DNA of 64,000 nt from Takakia lepidozioides (lineage: Eukaryota; Plantae; Bryophyta). Of this stretch, positions 60,950 through 64,000 are shown piece by piece. Positions within the stretch are counted from its first letter, which is position 1. The number at the start of each line of letters is the position of its first letter. The stretch spans positions 18,166,001 through 18,230,000 of the forward strand of contig CM060733.1 of assembly GCA_030704615.1 (NCBI GenBank), in the 5' to 3' direction. The position numbers and the translations under genes are program-made. Under the pieces are notes generated by a model, which was not told where the DNA came from, searched no databases, and saw nothing but the letters and a program-made list of their open reading frames with translations.

Positions 60950-63000
60950 AAAGCCATATAGGTAACCACCTCCATAACACAGTTCTAGGCCCCTGAGCTG
61001 ATAGAATGGTAAGCTGAATTCCAGAGGAGGTCATACCTTTACATAAATTTCGTTTCCCCATGAGTTCAAGAGCTCTGTCCAAACTGAGTTTAATTCCCCG
61101 TGTTCTATAACTGCACGACAATACAGACAGACACAGTGCTATGAACACAAGCACTCAAGAACAAGTACAACACGAACATTTCAGCGTATGAAGATGGCTT
61201 GTGTTGGTAACATAGTGTCATTGCAAAGGGTAACTGATGTTGGCAGTTATTGAATACAACTATGGTCTTTATATACACAGAGGAGTAATACTTTCCCGTA
61301 CATCCATAATAAATCACCTTCTGCTGCCCCCAATGCCTCTACATCTCCCAATGGAGCTCCCAACAACTAACATAATTTCCATCCATGTATGCAGCTCTTC
61401 AGAGGCTCTTTAGCTGGTTTTTAGTGAACCTGCAGCCTTAGTTGTACTGTCAGTGCCTTGAGACAAGCACATGGCATTCACCACTCATCAGGTCTCTATT
61501 TAGTAGTGCACCAAAGTGCAAGACAACTTGCTAATGGGAAAGGCTAAGAAACTCCTACCATCTCCACCAACTATCCTTTACTTCTACCGATAAGTGAACA
61601 ATGATGTTTGAGAGATGCAACAACTTTTAAATCGGTAATGATGTAGCTACCTTGAGAGGTCACAAGCCCCATAAGTTCACTGGTGCCTATGTATGTTAGC
61701 GATCGATGACTCTTTACCACCTGCCAGCACCCCAAGCCTAGTCATGCACAACCCTCAAGTACACCACAGTGACATGCACACACTTGTCCTGCACTTTGAG
61801 ATATGCCATTCTAGACTAGCAGTATGTCCAATTGCAGAAGCTTACCAACAATTCATCTTCTTGATAGATAATCCCAGGAAATCAGGCTGTACATTTGAAC
61901 TCAGCAGAAAAGAGTCAGAATCAAGTTAAGGTATACCTGCTTTCCCAACTTTGTGTCCACAAACTCAGCCACTAGACTTGTAACCTAAGTCAAACCAGTG
62001 TCACACCATATCAGGGTTAGTGATAAATCCACATACTATGTCAAAAGCAATTTTTCTTGAGGTTTTACGTAATCCTATATAGAGTCACAAGTTTGCTGCC
62101 GGTGTGTGATGCAGTAAGGACAGTGAGCACGGCTAGGGCCAACAACCTATAAGTGCACAGAAGATACCTCAGGGACTTCCACTTTCCTTTTTTGGAGATC
62201 AACATCAACATACAAAAAAGACAGAAGACAAAAAAGATGCCACCATTCATGCGAACACTGCATAACAGCTGACACATGTTGTGGTTTCGTCAACAATCTG
62301 GCTTGCGTAGGGTCAGTCAGACAGACACATTCATGTTGGAATCTTGTCACACAGGAACATGGTCTCTTGACTAGGCCAATGTAGAAGGTGACACTGCTTT
62401 CATTATCCTTGGTGACTGGTGCAATATGGAAAAGTTAAGAAAAACAGCCTCTCAGAGAGCTTTAGAGACCAATAATCATCATCCTCATATTCCTCACATG
62501 CATCATTACACTTATCACTTACCTTAACATTCTGCTCCTTGCAAAGTGCTTCAGCCAACAGCAATGCAAACACAGATTGTTTATCTGGCTTTGACGTGTC
62601 TGCAAACAATTACAAACATAGCATGGTAGTCATCATAAAAATAACAGGAAGAGGTGGTTAGACTGTGGCAACAAGGATGAGTTAGCTAATGTCAAGGACC
62701 AGCTCAACCACCGGCAGACATGACTTAGGAAAGTTCATGAAGCTGTCAAACTGTGAGGAGAAAATATAGTAGCCATCAAGACTGAACGCCTCTTATTTAT
62801 GAATCCCTATGGGGATTATTGTGAGGGTGCATGCACACCAGCACCCTAGATGGGTAAATAAAGCAGCACTTCCTGGAGATGTCCCCAACACTTCTTTCCT
62901 AGCAAATCTAATAGGAATTTGCTACCATCTTTACCAAGCAGACGATCACTTCAGCTCTCACTACATTTGAACCACACCAACACCAAGAAACACCCGACGA
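60950..63000 (-). mobile_element. Probable heavily decayed LINE remnant in the channel-gene intron
   Basis: Only weak echoes of RT motifs (VDLQK..VP near 62190). No long ORF. Confidence 0.3.
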
Positions 63001-64000
63001 AACACCTTCCACCACTGCATTCTTAGCAAATCAAGCAGCAACCTTTACAAGACTATTTTACTGGAATTCCCACTGCACTGTACCAATTTTTATGTGTTCT
63101 CCAAGAAAAAGAAACTCCCAATGAAGACTGGTACAAAGGTTGTAGACCACAAACCTCCAACATGCCACCCCTTGTCTGCAATCACCACAATAGACAATGG
63201 CAGCTTTTCACTTCTCTCTGGCAGTGTACCCCTTGCCATACCACTGACTTTGAGGCCTGCTGGTGAGCCTCTGTCCAGAATTGCATTTCGCAAGTCGGTT
63301 CGGCTCATGGGATTTCCAATCTACAGATTTTGCAACCATTCATAACATCAACTAAAGGGCAGAGAAGCCTGCAAGCCAGCCTACCCTAGGCCATCTAAGA
63401 AACAAAAATACTCCACAGGCCAATGCTTTCCCCTGGCAGGTTAGTAAGTCAGCACTTTCATTGCGCTGGATGAGCCAGCAAGTCTGCAAAATGACACCAT
63501 CAACATGGGCACTGATGGTTCAGGTTTCATGCAGTGTGTACGTTTGCCTCCGTTCATCATTAAGTGATTCAAAGAGTGGAGTCTATGAGGTGGTAAATAC
63601 ACAGGAACAAAACATGAGGTGCAACATACCTTGTGAACAACATGTATATTCCGCAGTGGAGATGAGATCCTTCGATTCATTGTGATCATTCTTTCTTCCA
63701 ACGGAGCCTCTGCCAATATGACCTGGTGAAGATCTCTACACAGTTATCCAGGGGTTATATTGAAACCAAGACACCCTCAGAGAGTACCATAAAGGTGGTA
63801 AGAGTTAGGCCTACACCTAGCTTGAAGCACTCTTCACACCTTATGTCCACCAAGTTTTGCCCACAGAAGCAAGATACAAAGAAGCAAAGAAAAGAAAGAA
63901 GTTTTATTAACTTGCGTTTGCCTTATGCCATTAACCCAGTGCCCACTTCAAACAAATGAAATGAAACAAGGAAGATGGAGCAAGAAAGCACCATCGAAAC

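Overview
Nuclear DNA of an intron-rich, TE-rich land plant, probably a seed-free lineage with flagellated sperm and C-to-U organellar editing. That inference rests on an IQ/coiled-coil dynein-regulatory-complex-like gene and PLS-PPR/DYW pseudogenes. Host genes: an 8-exon IQCD/IQCG-like gene (1.3-11.6 kb, +), serine carboxypeptidase-like 51 (15.9-23.4 kb, -), a uL18-like gene head-to-head with a FIP-like DnaJ zinc-finger gene (40.6-42.9 kb), the last two exons of a POLLUX-like/PEC channel (60.4-60.9 kb, -), and three degenerate PPR copies. Mobile DNA: an RTE-X-like LINE, a TTAA-flanked piggyBac-like MITE, Gypsy/chromovirus remnants, a Copia with both LTRs and a TSD that carries a CACTA MITE, and a CACTA end. 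Inside the CACTA end sits the most interesting unit (about 29.7-39.8 kb, cut by a 500-N gap). It has a Mutator-type DDE transposase with a GCM-like Zn domain, oriented divergently from a large spliced gene that fuses a ParB/Srx-like domain to a bacterial beta-class (N4C/N6A) DNA amino-methyltransferase fold. Two GC-rich palindromic tandem arrays in this unit share the core GGCGCCGAATTTCCA. All gene models were read by eye; no database search was run.
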